From the human T2T-CHM13v2.0 reference genome, Homo sapiens: a stretch of DNA of 64,000 nucleotides. A model generated the notes under the pieces. That model made no database searches and was not told the origin of the DNA. It saw nothing but the letters and a program-made list of their open reading frames with translations. Below are positions 1 to 11,656 of the stretch, in pieces. Location: NCBI RefSeq assembly GCF_009914755.1, contig NC_060925.1; one strand, 5' to 3'. Position 1 is the first letter of the stretch. The number at the start of each line of letters is the position of its first letter. The position numbers and the translations under genes were made by a program.

Positions 1-172
1 CCTGTTTCTTTTCTTCTAAGTAGAGATTGTGTCCTCCAGGAACAGAGAAAATTCCTCTCAAAATGCTTTCTGTCAGGTGCTCTGAAAGCCGCTTAAGCTC
101 AGCCTGGCAATATTTGGCAGATGCCTCTTCATTCTGCAGCACAAAGTCTCCCTTCTTTTTCTCTATGGTGTC
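1..172 (-). CDS. GBP4: GBP4 exon 8 (partial, runs off the window)
   Basis: tggcag|GAC acceptor; open frame DTIEKKKGDFVLQNEEASAKYCQAELKRLSEHLTESILRGIFSVPGGHNLYLEEKKQ to base 1. Confidence 0.94.
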
Positions 173-778
173 CTGCCAGAAAAATGTAGAGAAAACAGTA
201 GAAAGAAGCTGTTAGAAGGGAAGGTCCAACTGTGATCCTCTTGGAAGAAGTAGTCTGAAGGCCTCAGAGTGGACTGGGATATGGTGTAGACCAAGAGTCA
301 CAAGAATGATTTTGTTCCCAACTATGTGATCTGTGTGACCTGTGGAAAGCCCTTTAACCCCCCAGGGGTCAGGCTCAATATCTGTAAATTTATGTGGTTA
401 GAAGACATAAACTCTATGGTTCTTTTAGGTATAGTATGATTAATAGGGATCCAACCTCCAGTAATGAGCAGTAAAAAGTTGAATTCTGGCTGGAAGCAAA
501 ATTTCCCCAGAAAACATAGGTTGCTATGTATAAAAAATATACATATGGCAAATCAACTTCACAGTAATGAATTAAGCATATTCTGATGAGAAAAATGAAC
601 CATCTGTGTATTTCTTCAATGAGAGTTTGGATATGTGAGGATACAGGAACAGAATTTTCTTTTGTTTGTATTTGTAAGTTACAATCCAGTTGCATTTTAT
701 CACTATGAATTAAGAGATTATTGTCACTTTTAGGTCAGTCTGAGACAGACTGAAAGACAAACTTTCAGTAAACATGCC

Positions 779-1245
779 TATGGTAAGTAGATTTAAGATG
801 TCCCATAAGGTTTCTCACTCCTTGGTATCCACACCTGCATAGTTCCTGGGCCTATGAATATGATAGATACTAATCCTGTGATTAGATTATGTTGTGTAGC
901 ACAAGTTGACTTTGAGAAATGGAGTGTGCCCTGTTGGGCATGACCTAATCACATGAGCCCCTTAAAAGTGGTTTTCTCTAGCTGGTGTGAGAAGAGGAAT
1001 TCAGTGAAATTAGAAACATAAGGATTTCATGCATCATTGCTGACTTGAAGATGGATGGGTTTACCCAGAGCCTCTATATGAAATCTAAGCCTCTTTGACA
1101 CCTTGTTTTCAGCCTGTGGCACACTGAGCAGAGTACCCAGACACCCTGATAAGGACTTCTGACCTACATAACTATGAGCTAATAACGTGTGTTGTTTTAA
1201 GCTGCTAAACTCATGATAATTTCTTTTGCAGCAATAGAAAAAAAA
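779..1245 (+). mobile_element. MLT1-family MaLR solo LTR (GBP4 intron 7)
   Basis: Typical MLT1 3' end (gacttctgacctaca.aactatgag...gtgttgttttaagctgctaaa...gcagcaatagaaaa). Confidence 0.7.
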
Positions 1246-1415
1246 AGTGACAATCCTCTAGAAGAAGGGTGACCTATAGCCCATAGAGCCCTGTTATTCA
1301 CAAGAAACCATGGTCTTTCCACAGTGGTAAGGAGATGAACCATGGGGTCAAAAAGCTACACTTTATGCATCATTTCGGAAGGGCAGAAATCAGGAAGGAT
1401 AAATGCTAAAAGTAC

Positions 1416-1696
1416 CACAAGCTTCTTCTGGAATTCATGGTTTTCATCCTTGAAGGAGTGCTCCATGAAGACTGCAATGGCTTCCCTCTCACAGGCTGCA
1501 TGCACGTCCAGCAGCTCCTGGAGCGTGTCTGTGGGGAGCCTCAGTTGCTGGGCCATCTGCTGGCTATAGTGGTCGGCTGCCCTCTGCACAGCCGCTGGGT
1601 TCTCAAGCTGGGCCAGTGCTGTCACTGCATTCTCCAGACAAGGTACTGCTCCACTGTTGATGGCATCTACATAAGTCACCACCAGAGTCCCCAGCC
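1416..1696 (-). CDS. GBP4: GBP4 exon 7 (start of helical domain)
   Basis: ttcag|GG acceptor, GTG|gtactt donor; 281 nt; RLGTLVVTYVDAINSGAVPCLENAV...ENHEFQKKLV. Confidence 0.96.
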
Positions 1697-2029
1697 CTGA
1701 ATCACATATATTTAGGGAAAATTTACAGTTCTTACTCATTATTTATACAAGTTTTAAGAGTCAGCATTCTAAAAATTACAAAAATTCTAATTATCTTGAA
1801 GTTTCTTATCACTCCTTTATTCTCTTCCTCCTCCTTTTTCATCTTCCTCTATGAATTCAACTCTTTATAATAACATCCCTATTTTTCCTATTCACTCTTT
1901 TTTATGGCTCTTGGATTCACATTACAAAATTAAATTACTCATTGCAACCAATATGTTTTTGTGTTTTATGGAAAAATACATTTCCATTTAAATACCATAT
2001 AAATGAGTTTGTTAGCAGGGAAAGTAAGT

Positions 2030-2230
2030 TATATAATTTGTGAGTCCTACTTCCAAATAAAAATGCAAGTCCCCTCATTTCTTATTCTTTACAAGGGAAC
2101 TTGCATTTTTATTTGGAGACAAGAAATTTTTATTTGAAGACAGTAACATAAACCATTGAACCAAGCACAGGCCCATCTCACCATAGGGAGTGGACGACTA
2201 CACAGGTTGCATGCCATGAAGCTAGCCCCG
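2030..2230 (-). mobile_element. MER45A-like hAT-Tip100 MITE remnant with an internal inverted duplication
   Basis: aaccaagcacaggccc...cacaggttgcatgccatgaagctagccccg resembles the reverse complement of the MER45A 5' end. Confidence 0.55.
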
Positions 2231-2638
2231 TACTTAATATGACATTTAAATTTGTTTCTCAAACTCTCAATGAGCTTGCATGGAACTCATGGCCTGATGT
2301 TGATTTCCTGACTAATGTAAATTTATAAAATATATTATATATCTTCACTGAGAAACACTAATCCTATAGGACTTTTCCTCATCATGCAGATTTCTCTCCT
2401 TAGGAGTTTGTGTTTATGCCATTAGTGTATTAATTTTGTGAGACATATTAGGCCTCAAGAAAGTTTCACATGAGTAAACTTTAATTAAGAAACATTCATT
2501 TCTATGTGTGCAATGAACATCTCCTTCTCTGCATTCCTATACAGAAGCAAACAATATTATTGAAAAACTTGCAGTCATTACAGCTTCAACACATCCTGGA
2601 CCACAGACAGACATGCTTTGGGACAAAAAAAGACTCAC

Positions 2639-2884
2639 GCTTTCCAGTGACAATGATTCCCTCTCTCAGGGTCTTGGTCTTTGCATGGGTGAAGATATAA
2701 GAACAGAAGTTGTCTGATTGCATAAGGAAATGCCTTTCCAGATTTTCTTCTGGCACTTCGTCCATATGATTTAAATATTGCTTGTCATTTGTAGGCCGGT
2801 CAAAGACAAAGCACTTCCGTTTTCGGAAGAAATGCCTGATACACTCTCTAGGCATGTTTGAATTTTGAATTTTGGGATTCTTGC
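2639..2884 (-). CDS. GBP4: GBP4 exon 6
   Basis: ccacag|GC acceptor, AAGC|gtgagt donor; 246 nt; GKNPKIQNSNMPRECIRHFF...TLREGIIVTGK. Confidence 0.97.
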
Positions 2885-4281
2885 CTGTGGAATTGTAAAA
2901 AAGAGGGCTCATTGAAGAGACAGCCTGCAGGCAAGGGGGCTGAGGACTTTTCCAGGGATCTTTGCATCCCTGCAGCTCCCCTGCCTTGTAAATCTTGTTT
3001 TATGCAATCATACAAAACAGCCTTGTGCTAATCCAATGAAGGCATGGAAAATCCATTTTTGTACAGGAGCGAGAGTCAGGAAAGAACTCTTGGAGAGGAA
3101 GGGAAGACATCTACCACAAAATGAAGAAACTTATGACTGGTTTCCTTGGCTTTTGTATGCTAGCCAGTAGACTATGTATTAAATGTTTTTGAATGATTAA
3201 TTAAATGAAGCAGTTGTCAGAAATACTTTCTGATATTACAGTCCTATGTCAGAAGTGAAACATGGGCCCTAAATTAAAGCAACGCTAGAAATAAGAAAAA
3301 TATGTTTCTTAGAAAAATATCATGAAGGTGAATGATACCCAAGTCAGTAATAAAAATAAAAAGTATTTCAAAACCAGAACCCCAAATTATAAACACCATA
3401 AATATGTTTAGAGATTCCTTTATCTGAAAAATCCAGAGTAAAGTTAATACAGATATAACTTGGAGACCTCACCACCTTTCAATGTCAGATTACATTAGGT
3501 CTCACATTGTCTTGCAGAGGGATTCTGTGGCATATATCAGTTATTCAAAACAAATGTTTGTTGAAAGGATGAATAAATGAACAAAGATGGATATTGATTG
3601 TAGGTGCCAACAGGTATCCACTCTGCTAAATATAGTCTGTTTAACAAACGTATAATAGATTGACAACATATTTTATGAAGCTGTAGAATGAAGTAGGTGA
3701 TGTTATGAAAATAGTAAAATGAAGGATTTGACAGTCTTACTGGAAGCATATGTGTTTTTTTTTAACTTCCTGGATCGTTTGCTGTATAAATCTCCTTTTT
3801 CTCTAAAGGATGTAACTATCCAGGCTAATGAAATAGATAGGGTGAAATATACTTCCAAAGTTAGATCATTTGACTTCTTGTGATTCTGTGTTTACCAGCT
3901 TCCAAGCTTATTAGTTAATTTCTCCAAATAGAATAGGAGGAGCATTTGAAGCTAATAAGTAACACAAATATATGAGTCTTAGGATGTGATAATATTAATT
4001 GTAATCCTCAATATATTTTTCATGATACTTATTGGTCTAAAATGATTTGATAGAACTTCGAGTTTTAAATTTCCTCAATGAATTTGAACCTCAGCCTCTG
4101 GGAAATTTCAAGTAAAAATAACCACAAAAATCATAATCACTTGTCAATCACCAACCACCATGAGCATGGGCCTCAAATCAATCCAGTCTAATGTAAACAT
4201 TTGTGTCAGGTGCTGAATAGCAGGTCTTAGTTGATCCTACCCCCCACTGAACCTTCCCACATCCAGGCCATGCTCTGATAC

Positions 4282-4478
4282 CTGGAATCAGCTTCAAGGC
4301 ATTCTCCAGGTACTCATCTTCTGTGATGGGGTTTCCATCTAACTTTAGCTCCAGGGTAAAATCCCGAACAGTCCAAATAAAGTCTGGAAAGAAACTCGCA
4401 AACTCGCTGGAGTCCTCAGCTTCATCAGGTCTGGGGCAGGATTTTGCCCTGATTAGCTCTGCTAGCTCAGTCACATAG
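4282..4478 (-). CDS. GBP4: GBP4 exon 5 (G4 TVRD)
   Basis: cccag|C acceptor, CCAG|gtatca donor; 197 nt; [65 protein letters not shown]. Confidence 0.97.
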
Positions 4479-4680
4479 CTGGGATCTCAGCTAAGGAAGG
4501 ATAGCACCCTACACCATCATTTCCATATCTCACTTAGAAACAAGTTTTATACACGTTCCCTTTTGCACTCTGTCTTTTCTTACTCAACCAGGACAACTGA
4601 GTCACAGCAAAGAAGACACAGTATCAATTCCCATTCCCCTAAACCCCATAAAACCTGCTCTTCACTTCCCAGAAGGATAC

Positions 4681-4790
4681 TGCAGCTGCTCCAGGGCCTG
4701 GTGGTTGATGGTGCTCACGCTGTTATAGACAAAGCTGCTGCTTAGAAGCACAGCCAGGGCAAAGATCCACGAGTCATTCTTAGGGTTACT
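4681..4790 (-). CDS. GBP4: GBP4 exon 4
   Basis: ttctag|AGT acceptor, GCA|gtatcc donor; 110 nt; [36 protein letters not shown](H); not in the ORF track. Confidence 0.95.
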
Positions 4791-6674
4791 CTAGAAAGCA
4801 TATAAAGCAAAAGACTTAGGAGTATTCTCTTCATTCATTCATTCATTCATTTGGTTGTTCATTAGCTATTTCAGCTGTATGATAGTTGAATAATAGGGTA
4901 AATAACAAATTTTGAAGCCAATGCTGAATTCAAACTTCATATTTAGATTTTTACATTAATCCTTTTCAGGCTATCGGTTCATTTAGCAGAAATGAATGAC
5001 ATTGTCAATGTGAGTAACATTCAATAAAGTGCCTAGAACATAATAGGTGCCAAGTAATCAGCGTGCAATTATTCCATTGCAATTTTGTTCTCACTCATGG
5101 CATATTAAGGCCACAAATGCTATTCAGTTAAGTTCAAAAACTTTACATTGTGTATCTGACAAAATGCAGACCCTGCATTTGGTTTTGTGGATATAAAGTT
5201 CCTCACGACAGTCCCTGCCTTCAAGAAGATGGCTTTCTGGTGCAGCAGATAAACATGTCAATATACAAATTCAATCAGAATAATAATCACTGCTGGGGGA
5301 GGAAAACCCAAAGTTATAAAGTATAAAACAAATAAAAAGAAGGGAGGGGGAGGCACATAAATGTGAATAGTTACTCTGTGAATTCAGGAGCAAGAAGTGA
5401 TTATGTTTGACAGGCATATGAAGGCAGCAGTTTGAAAATAGTTGCACTTCAAAAAGTTGATAGAGTGTGGACTTGTGAAGAAGGACGGATAAAGCAGGTG
5501 GAAAGATCAATAGAAGCCAAGTCAGAATTGTCACAGCATGGTCATAAAAGGGCATTACACAGTTATTTCATTTGCCTGAAGCAGTGAGTATGCATGTTGG
5601 TGAAGTGGAAGAGGAGGCTGGAAACAAGATTCATGGCAAGACATGAAAGGGTTTTTAAAAAAATTTAGATGGTCCCCAAATCACATTACAAGTTCTAAGG
5701 TCAGCTAGTAGTTCTGCTGCTGCCATCAGTTTATGTTTTGATATGTTTTGATCGCTTGACAAACGTAATTAGACACAAAGAAGTTTATGAAAACTACAAC
5801 ATATTAAGAATAAATGTTTCACTTTGATATTACACTAAGAGAATAATTCAGACCTTTAATACTGAAATTTAAAGTTCAGAATTGCTAAGTTGGTGCTTCC
5901 TTCCCTCAACTCCCTTTTTTCAATAATGGAAGCCAAGGATCTACTGCTGCTACTTTCAATTCAGACATAAGACTAATGCAAATAAGAAGAATGGACTGAT
6001 CGCACCTAACACTTTAAGACAAAATACCTAAAGTTATCTCACTTACAATATTCTTTGTGGGTCTAATTCATGCTATTAAAGAAGTCAGTGGAGAATTAAT
6101 CTCCAAAGCTCAGAGAGTTGAACCAAAATGTTAGTGATAAAATTAATGCTTTTCTGAAAACTACTGAAATAGATTCCTTCACTAAAACCCTATTTTTTCA
6201 TGGTCCCCTCCTCCAACCCCACACGCCTTAAATAGTAGATCCCATTGTTCCCATGGGTTACAACTTTCTCCAACAAGCCTTCTCTAAGTCGAATGACTGA
6301 ACTAGCTTCTCACTTTTTGCATCTGTGAAACCCTGTACTTATCATACCCCATATTTCTTGTCTTCACAACTAGGCTCTTGGCCTTTACCTTGTTTACTGT
6401 TTTATCTGTAGTACTCAGTACAGAGCCCTGGAATTCATCTCTTCAATACATATTTATTAAATTATATCATTCACTCCAGTGTTAAAAATAAGAAGATCTA
6501 CTCTTAAATATGCCTCAATACTTGAAATTAATAAGGAAGTCTGAGGAAACAGAATTTAGCCTCATTATTCATAATTAGATTTGAGTTTACAGAGATATGT
6601 ACAGAAGTTGAAGGGAGCTGAAAAAATTAAAAGATGAGAGGTCAACCATGAGCGGTGAAGTTTCTCTGCCTTAC

Positions 6675-6802
6675 CTTTTCTACATCGCCCAGGCCCTCGG
6701 TGTCCAGAAGGACCAGGGTGTGGTTTGGCTTAGAGAGGTGGGGCACACACCACATCCAGATGCCCTTAGTTTCAGACTGCACCGTGGAGCCCAGAGGGAA
6801 GC
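6675..6802 (-). CDS. GBP4: GBP4 exon 3 (G2 Thr, G3 DTEG)
   Basis: ctgcag|GC acceptor, AAG|gtaagg donor; 128 nt; [43 protein letters not shown]. Confidence 0.97.
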
Positions 6803-7179
6803 CTGCAGGGAAGAGGAAAAATAACAAACAGTAACAGTGGATAGACCAGGATGTCCCAGGATTACACCGGTTAAACTTGTAGGAATGTTTAAGTGGCTGA
6901 CAGGGGAAAAGGGTTGTTTCCAGCTCAGGCAGGACAACTAATCTGACCTTTATATGTATTAAGAATTTTCTCAAACTTGTTTTCTTTCTTAAACTTGTTT
7001 AGTAGACAGCGGTTCAGTCCCTAATGGTGCCGAGCTGCTGAGCCAGAGAGGAAGTAGGACATTAGGGGGAAGAAATGGCTGCATGGTCTTTCTTTAAAAA
7101 CAGAAGCACCTAACAGAGCCATAGGTAGATTGTCTTAAAAGTCAGTAAGAACCAAAAGAGAAACCTGGTAGGAAAAAAT

Positions 7180-7990
7180 AATTTAAAAAAAAAGCTTTCA
7201 CAAAATAAGAAATGAAAATGGCAATTGATATGTGAAAAGGTACTTAAACTTACTCATAGTGAAATAAATGGCATGCAACAATACATTCTACAGGGCAGCA
7301 CAAGTTAAAAGGCTTTATGTTACTGAATTTTTTGCAGGATGTAAAATTCTCAGTCACTGCTAATAAGCATGTAAATTGCATTTGAATTTTGAAAAGCTAT
7401 TGGACTTTATCTAGAAATTTTATGTACTCTCTGATTCAGAAATCCCACTTCTGAGAATATTACACAAAGGAAGATTTTGTACATGTGCACCAGGATATAA
7501 ATAATAAGAGTATTAATGACAGCCTTATTCATTAAAGATAAAAACTGGAAAAATACCAATTTTCAACAATAAATAAATGTACTGTCCTTAGGTAGTGGCA
7601 TACTGTCTGAGGGTATAAATAATGGGTACACATAGTAACTAGAGAAAACTTATAAACTTCTTATTGAGCAAAAGAAGCAAGACATCCAAAAATACACACA
7701 ATATAATTTCCTTTATGTAAAGTTTAAAAGCAGACCAACCTAAACTATGTTTTAGAATGCATATATATTATGTAGAACCATTTTTAAAAACCAAGAGTCA
7801 AAGAAGTGTGCCCTGAAAACAAAAACACTGGTGAGTTCTAGTGAAGGTATGACAGGGTATGATTTTTGGATGTTTAGGTTTGGTAATGTTTTATTTCTTG
7901 ATCTGGATAGTGATTTCTCATGTATTCACTTTATTAACTTCACTGTAAAGGTATGTTGTACATACTCTTCTTTATGTGTCATAGTTCACA
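7180..7990 (+). mobile_element. Ancient L1M-type 3' fragments in GBP4 intron 2
   Basis: Degenerate L1M 3' motifs (aatcccacttctgagaatat, aaaaactggaaaaataccaa, ttcttgatctggatagtgat). Confidence 0.55.
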
Positions 7991-8487
7991 TATTAGAAAG
8001 ACTAACTAGAAGGGAATATAATTTATCAGAGTTTTGCCATGAAATGAAGCAAAAAATTAGAAATGGTAGCCCAATTTAAATAGAGGATACACAAGAATTA
8101 TAATGCCTTTCCTTCTTCATATTTATTTTTTAAAACAGGATCTATTAAACTATATTTGTGTGCTATTTGAAGTGACCAGGTATCCTACACAAAAGTGATG
8201 AATGAGAAAGAAAGGGAATAATTGCTGGGGCTGAGCCCCTGAAGAGGTGAGCATAGATGGGATGAAGAAGACCCATGGAACGGATCTTTCGATAGGGTTG
8301 AGATGATTCTTTACTATTGGACTAAAGAGTGATATATATTTGAGATTGTAAATTTAGTGGTGAGAATTAGAAGTTTTCTTCATTGGGAGAAGTCATGCCC
8401 TTCTTTAGGATGACCCTAGAGGGGGTGTGATCAGCTGTGTTATCACTGGTTCCAAGTAAATGGCTCCTGTCCTAGGACCACACTCAC

Positions 8488-8682
8488 CATTGCGCTTTCC
8501 TGCAAGACGATTCATGAGATAGGATTTTCCTGTGCGGTATAGCCCTACAATGGCCACCACCACCACGGGCTGAGAAATCTTGTCAAGAATCTCTAATGCC
8601 TTTGAATTCACTGTCAGCTGCTCTTCCTGGTTTTCCACTAGACAAATGGGGGCCATCATGATGGATTCAGATTCTGGATAAC
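8488..8682 (-). CDS. GBP4: GBP4 exon 2 (G1/P-loop GLYRTGKS)
   Basis: ttacag|GT acceptor, AATG|gtgagt donor; 195 nt; encodes GYPESESIMMAPICLVENQEEQ...GLYRTGKSYLMNRLAGKRN (within ORF 8405..8731). Confidence 0.97.
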
Positions 8683-8779
8683 CTGTAACCCAGAAAAAAA
8701 TACTCAGTAGAATACAAGATCTTGAAGTCATCCCTAAGGGCTACCTAAGGCACATACATATTAGCTTTTTGCTTGTGGA

Positions 8780-8875
8780 ATGGTATATAAAATTTCTACA
8801 TTTTAATGGTATATAAATATATTTCTACGTTTAATGGTATATAAAATTTCTATGTATATAAAATTTGTACATTTC
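8780..8875. repeat. ~25-bp AT-rich tandem repeat (atggtatataaaatttctac...) x3-4 in GBP4 intron 1
   Basis: Directly visible repeated units. Confidence 0.75.
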
Positions 8876-9240
8876 AAATGGAAAAATATTTAGTTTAGCA
8901 TGTCAAAGACTAGTACAGATCTGTTATGTACATTATTTATGATTCTTACAAGAACGCTAAAAATGCCTTGTCAAGGTGATGCATAAAATAAACAGAATTA
9001 GAAAATCAAGGCACTGATGGCAGAATAATTCCACTCCTGGAATAAATAGGGGCAGGATGTTACAAAAAGGAGATGAGGAGTGGTTAGAAAAGGCTCCAGG
9101 CATTCCAGAAGAATTTGCTCTCTCATTAATTTAATAAAGAGTATTGCGTACCTACCATGTGCTAATTAACACCGTTCTAGATTCTCAGCAACAAGCAAGG
9201 AACATAATTGATACAAACTTCTGCCTCTTGGAGCTCTATT

Positions 9241-9799
9241 TGTTGTAACCCAGCGAGTTACAGAGAAACGCCACACTCTGAGACGAATTCAGGAGTCCTT
9301 TATTAGCCGGCGACCGAGAGACGGCTAGTGCTCAAAATTCTCTCGGCCCGAAGAAGGGGCTAGATTTTCTTCTATACTTTGGTTTAGAAAGGAGAGGTTG
9401 GGGGGAGGGGTCTAGTTAAAACAATCCTACAGAAGTAAAGTAGGCAAAAAGTTAAAAGGATAAATGGTTACAGGAAAGTAAACAGTACTAGGTGCAGGGG
9501 CTTTAATTCTATCACAAGGTGATAGAAGCGGGGCTTTGGGCTTTAACAACCAGACACAAACGCGGGGGGCTCTGGGTGCTGTTAACCGGGCGAATTCCTG
9601 GGAACTGCGGGTATGGCTTGCCACAGTACCTTATCAGTTAATTGCATTCTTGGATGTGCTGGGAGTCAGCTTGCACAAGTTAAGTCCCTGAGGAAGCGGG
9701 TGGGTAAGGGGCTGCAAGTGAAGGAGCCGAGATGCAGACTGTCTGGCTCTTTCAGCTAAGGGAGAGTCAACTCAGGTTAAAACAAGGTAGGGTATCACA
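9241..9799 (-). mobile_element. Young ERV1 solo LTR, LTR6A/B-like (HERV-S71), in GBP4 intron 1, inserted into an L2 fragment
   Basis: TG...CA termini; 4-bp TSD TATT (9237-9240 / 9800-9803); CpGs preserved; minus-strand start TGTGATACCCTACCTTGTTTTAACCTGA resembles LTR6. Confidence 0.75.
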
Positions 9800-10172
9800 T
9801 ATTCTAGTGGGGGACAGAAAATTAATAAAACAAACAAGCAAAAAATGTGTATATGTATACTAGATGATGGTATTTCGCAGGAGAAAATGCCACAGCTCTG
9901 GGAGGAAGCCCGAGGAGGAGCAGCGCATCCTGGAGACACCGGTGCGCCTCTGGTCGCCGCCTGTGGACCGCCTAGAGACGCTGGGCCACACGGAGCAAAG
10001 CACTCAGGGGTTCAAGCAGCATCAGACTTCCCCGCGAGGTTCCTCCACTGCCTTTGTCACCCGCCAGTGTGAAGTCTCCAACCCTCCCCGTGTGCAGTCT
10101 GCGCTTGGGAATTTGTTGTTGTTTGTTATAACCCAAATATACTTGAAAGGTAAAGCTTAAGAGCAAACTTAC

Positions 10173-10212
10173 CTGGTGTGGGCACTGCAGCGTGAAGAGT
10201 TCTCTCACCCAT
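10173..10212 (-). CDS. GBP4: GBP4 coding exon 1 (MGERTLHAAVPTP-G)
   Basis: ATG at 10212-10210; 40 nt ending CCAG|GTAAGT; phase 1 joins exon 2 in frame; peptide matches my recollection of the GBP4-specific N-terminus. Confidence 0.93.
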
Positions 10213-10253
10213 TGCTCTGTCCTCCTGCGCCTGGATCCTCGAGAAACGGACTG

Positions 10254-10365
10254 TTCTTAGAAGCTGAAAGTCCAGCCGGATTTACAGACATCCAAGTAAG
10301 AGTCTGTGAGAACCGAAATTGAAAGGACATGCACTTTGTGGGGAGTTGACTGTTGGGGATTTTCC
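10254..10365. promoter_or_regulatory. GBP4: GBP4 proximal promoter/5'UTR with GAS (TTCTTAGAA 10254-10262), ISRE/IRF-E (GAACCGAAATTGAAAG ~10310-10325) and NF-kB-like site (GGGATTTTCC 10356-10365)
   Basis: Consensus matches (TTCN3GAA, GAAANNGAAA, GGGRNNYYCC) clustered 40-150 bp upstream of the ATG of an interferon-inducible gene family member. Confidence 0.75.
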
Positions 10366-11355
10366 TGTTTATCAAGACAGGAAACTAAAGGAGCTTGAAA
10401 GTGCTGGTTCCTCCACACCAGACTCCTGAAACTCAGGTTTGTTTGTCCCTCTTCCACCCTTAGCTTAGGTATCTTTCGCCTCCAAAATGAATATAGAGCA
10501 GCAGACATGAATGTTGTTTCATCTACCTGTCTCTCAGGGGTAATTTTGTCAGGGAAGAAATTTGAGTTTTTGTTTGCTTTTATTTTTTTTTACATGCTTA
10601 TATGTTTTTGTTTCTCATCTCTTTTCTTTATTTTTTCATCAACCATAAAATATGTGTGTGTTTGTGTGTGTGTCTATGGATATCTATGTATCCTCTAACG
10701 TTGTTGCCCAGAGGTGCGGTGGTGGCAAGTAAATACTTCTCTTTCAAAACACAAACATCTCATTGAAACTGGATCTTTTGGAGGACAGGAGGATGATTGG
10801 ACCATAAAAAGCATAATTTATAATTAGGAGTCTTACCCAGGCTACCAGAAAAATGGACTCAGTTCCTAAAATGACTAGCCAGTTTGTTAACAGAGTTTGG
10901 GAAATCTATCTGAAATAAATGGGTAATGATTCCCCATTTGTGCCTATCCCTTAGATCTTCCTATTTGTTTAGTAATGTCTGATTAAACATTTGCAAATTA
11001 ATAAGTACAAAATTTTAGGCACTTAATCAGGTAAAATTACTGGTGCCGATTTTGATTCAAAACTTAACATTTATTTCCTATAAGCAATATTGAAAGTGAA
11101 AATAAAGCTAAGTCAAGTTTTAAATAGGACCAGTAATAAGAAATCAGGTGCTTTTTTCTCTTACCATTTTTTAATGTCAGGAAGTCCCTCTCTCTTAAAA
11201 AAAAAAAAAAAGAAGAAAAAGAAAAAGTACAGGGATGACTGAATCCAGGTAAATGTGTTTGAAACACCTGAATTTCACCAGTGGCACCCCTTTCCAGATA
11301 ATCCAATGTTACTGACTTCAGATAATCATGGAAATGTTAATCAAGAAGAAATTTA

Positions 11356-11656
11356 GGCTGGGTGTGGTGGCTCACTCCTGCAATCCAACCATTTTGGGAG
11401 GCCAAGGTGGGCAGATCACTTGAGTCCAGGAATTGGAAACCAGCCTGGGCAATATGGGGAAACCCCATCTCTACAAATAATAATAATAATAAATTAGCTG
11501 GGCATAATGGCATGTGCCTGTTATAATAGTCCTAGTTACCTGGGAGTCTGAGGTGGGAGGATGACCTGAGCCCAGGAGGTCAAGGCTGCAATGAGCCATG
11601 GTGGTCCCACTGCACTCCAACCTGGGCAACAGAGTGAGATACTGTCTCAAAAAAAA
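11356..11656 (+). mobile_element. Alu (old, AluJ-like)
   Basis: Dimeric Alu with CpG decay, A-rich linker and short A tail. Confidence 0.9.

Noticed and set aside
1342-1700. Plus-strand ORFs overlapping GBP4 exons (also 27..215, 2506..2700, 4563..4745)
   Set aside because: Antisense shadows of the coding exons.
9845-10160. GC-rich plus-strand ORFs near GBP4 exon 1 and their counterpart at 29100..29297
   Set aside because: Intron-1/promoter sequence. The shared C-terminal similarity only reflects the duplicated DNA, and the frames are not otherwise conserved.
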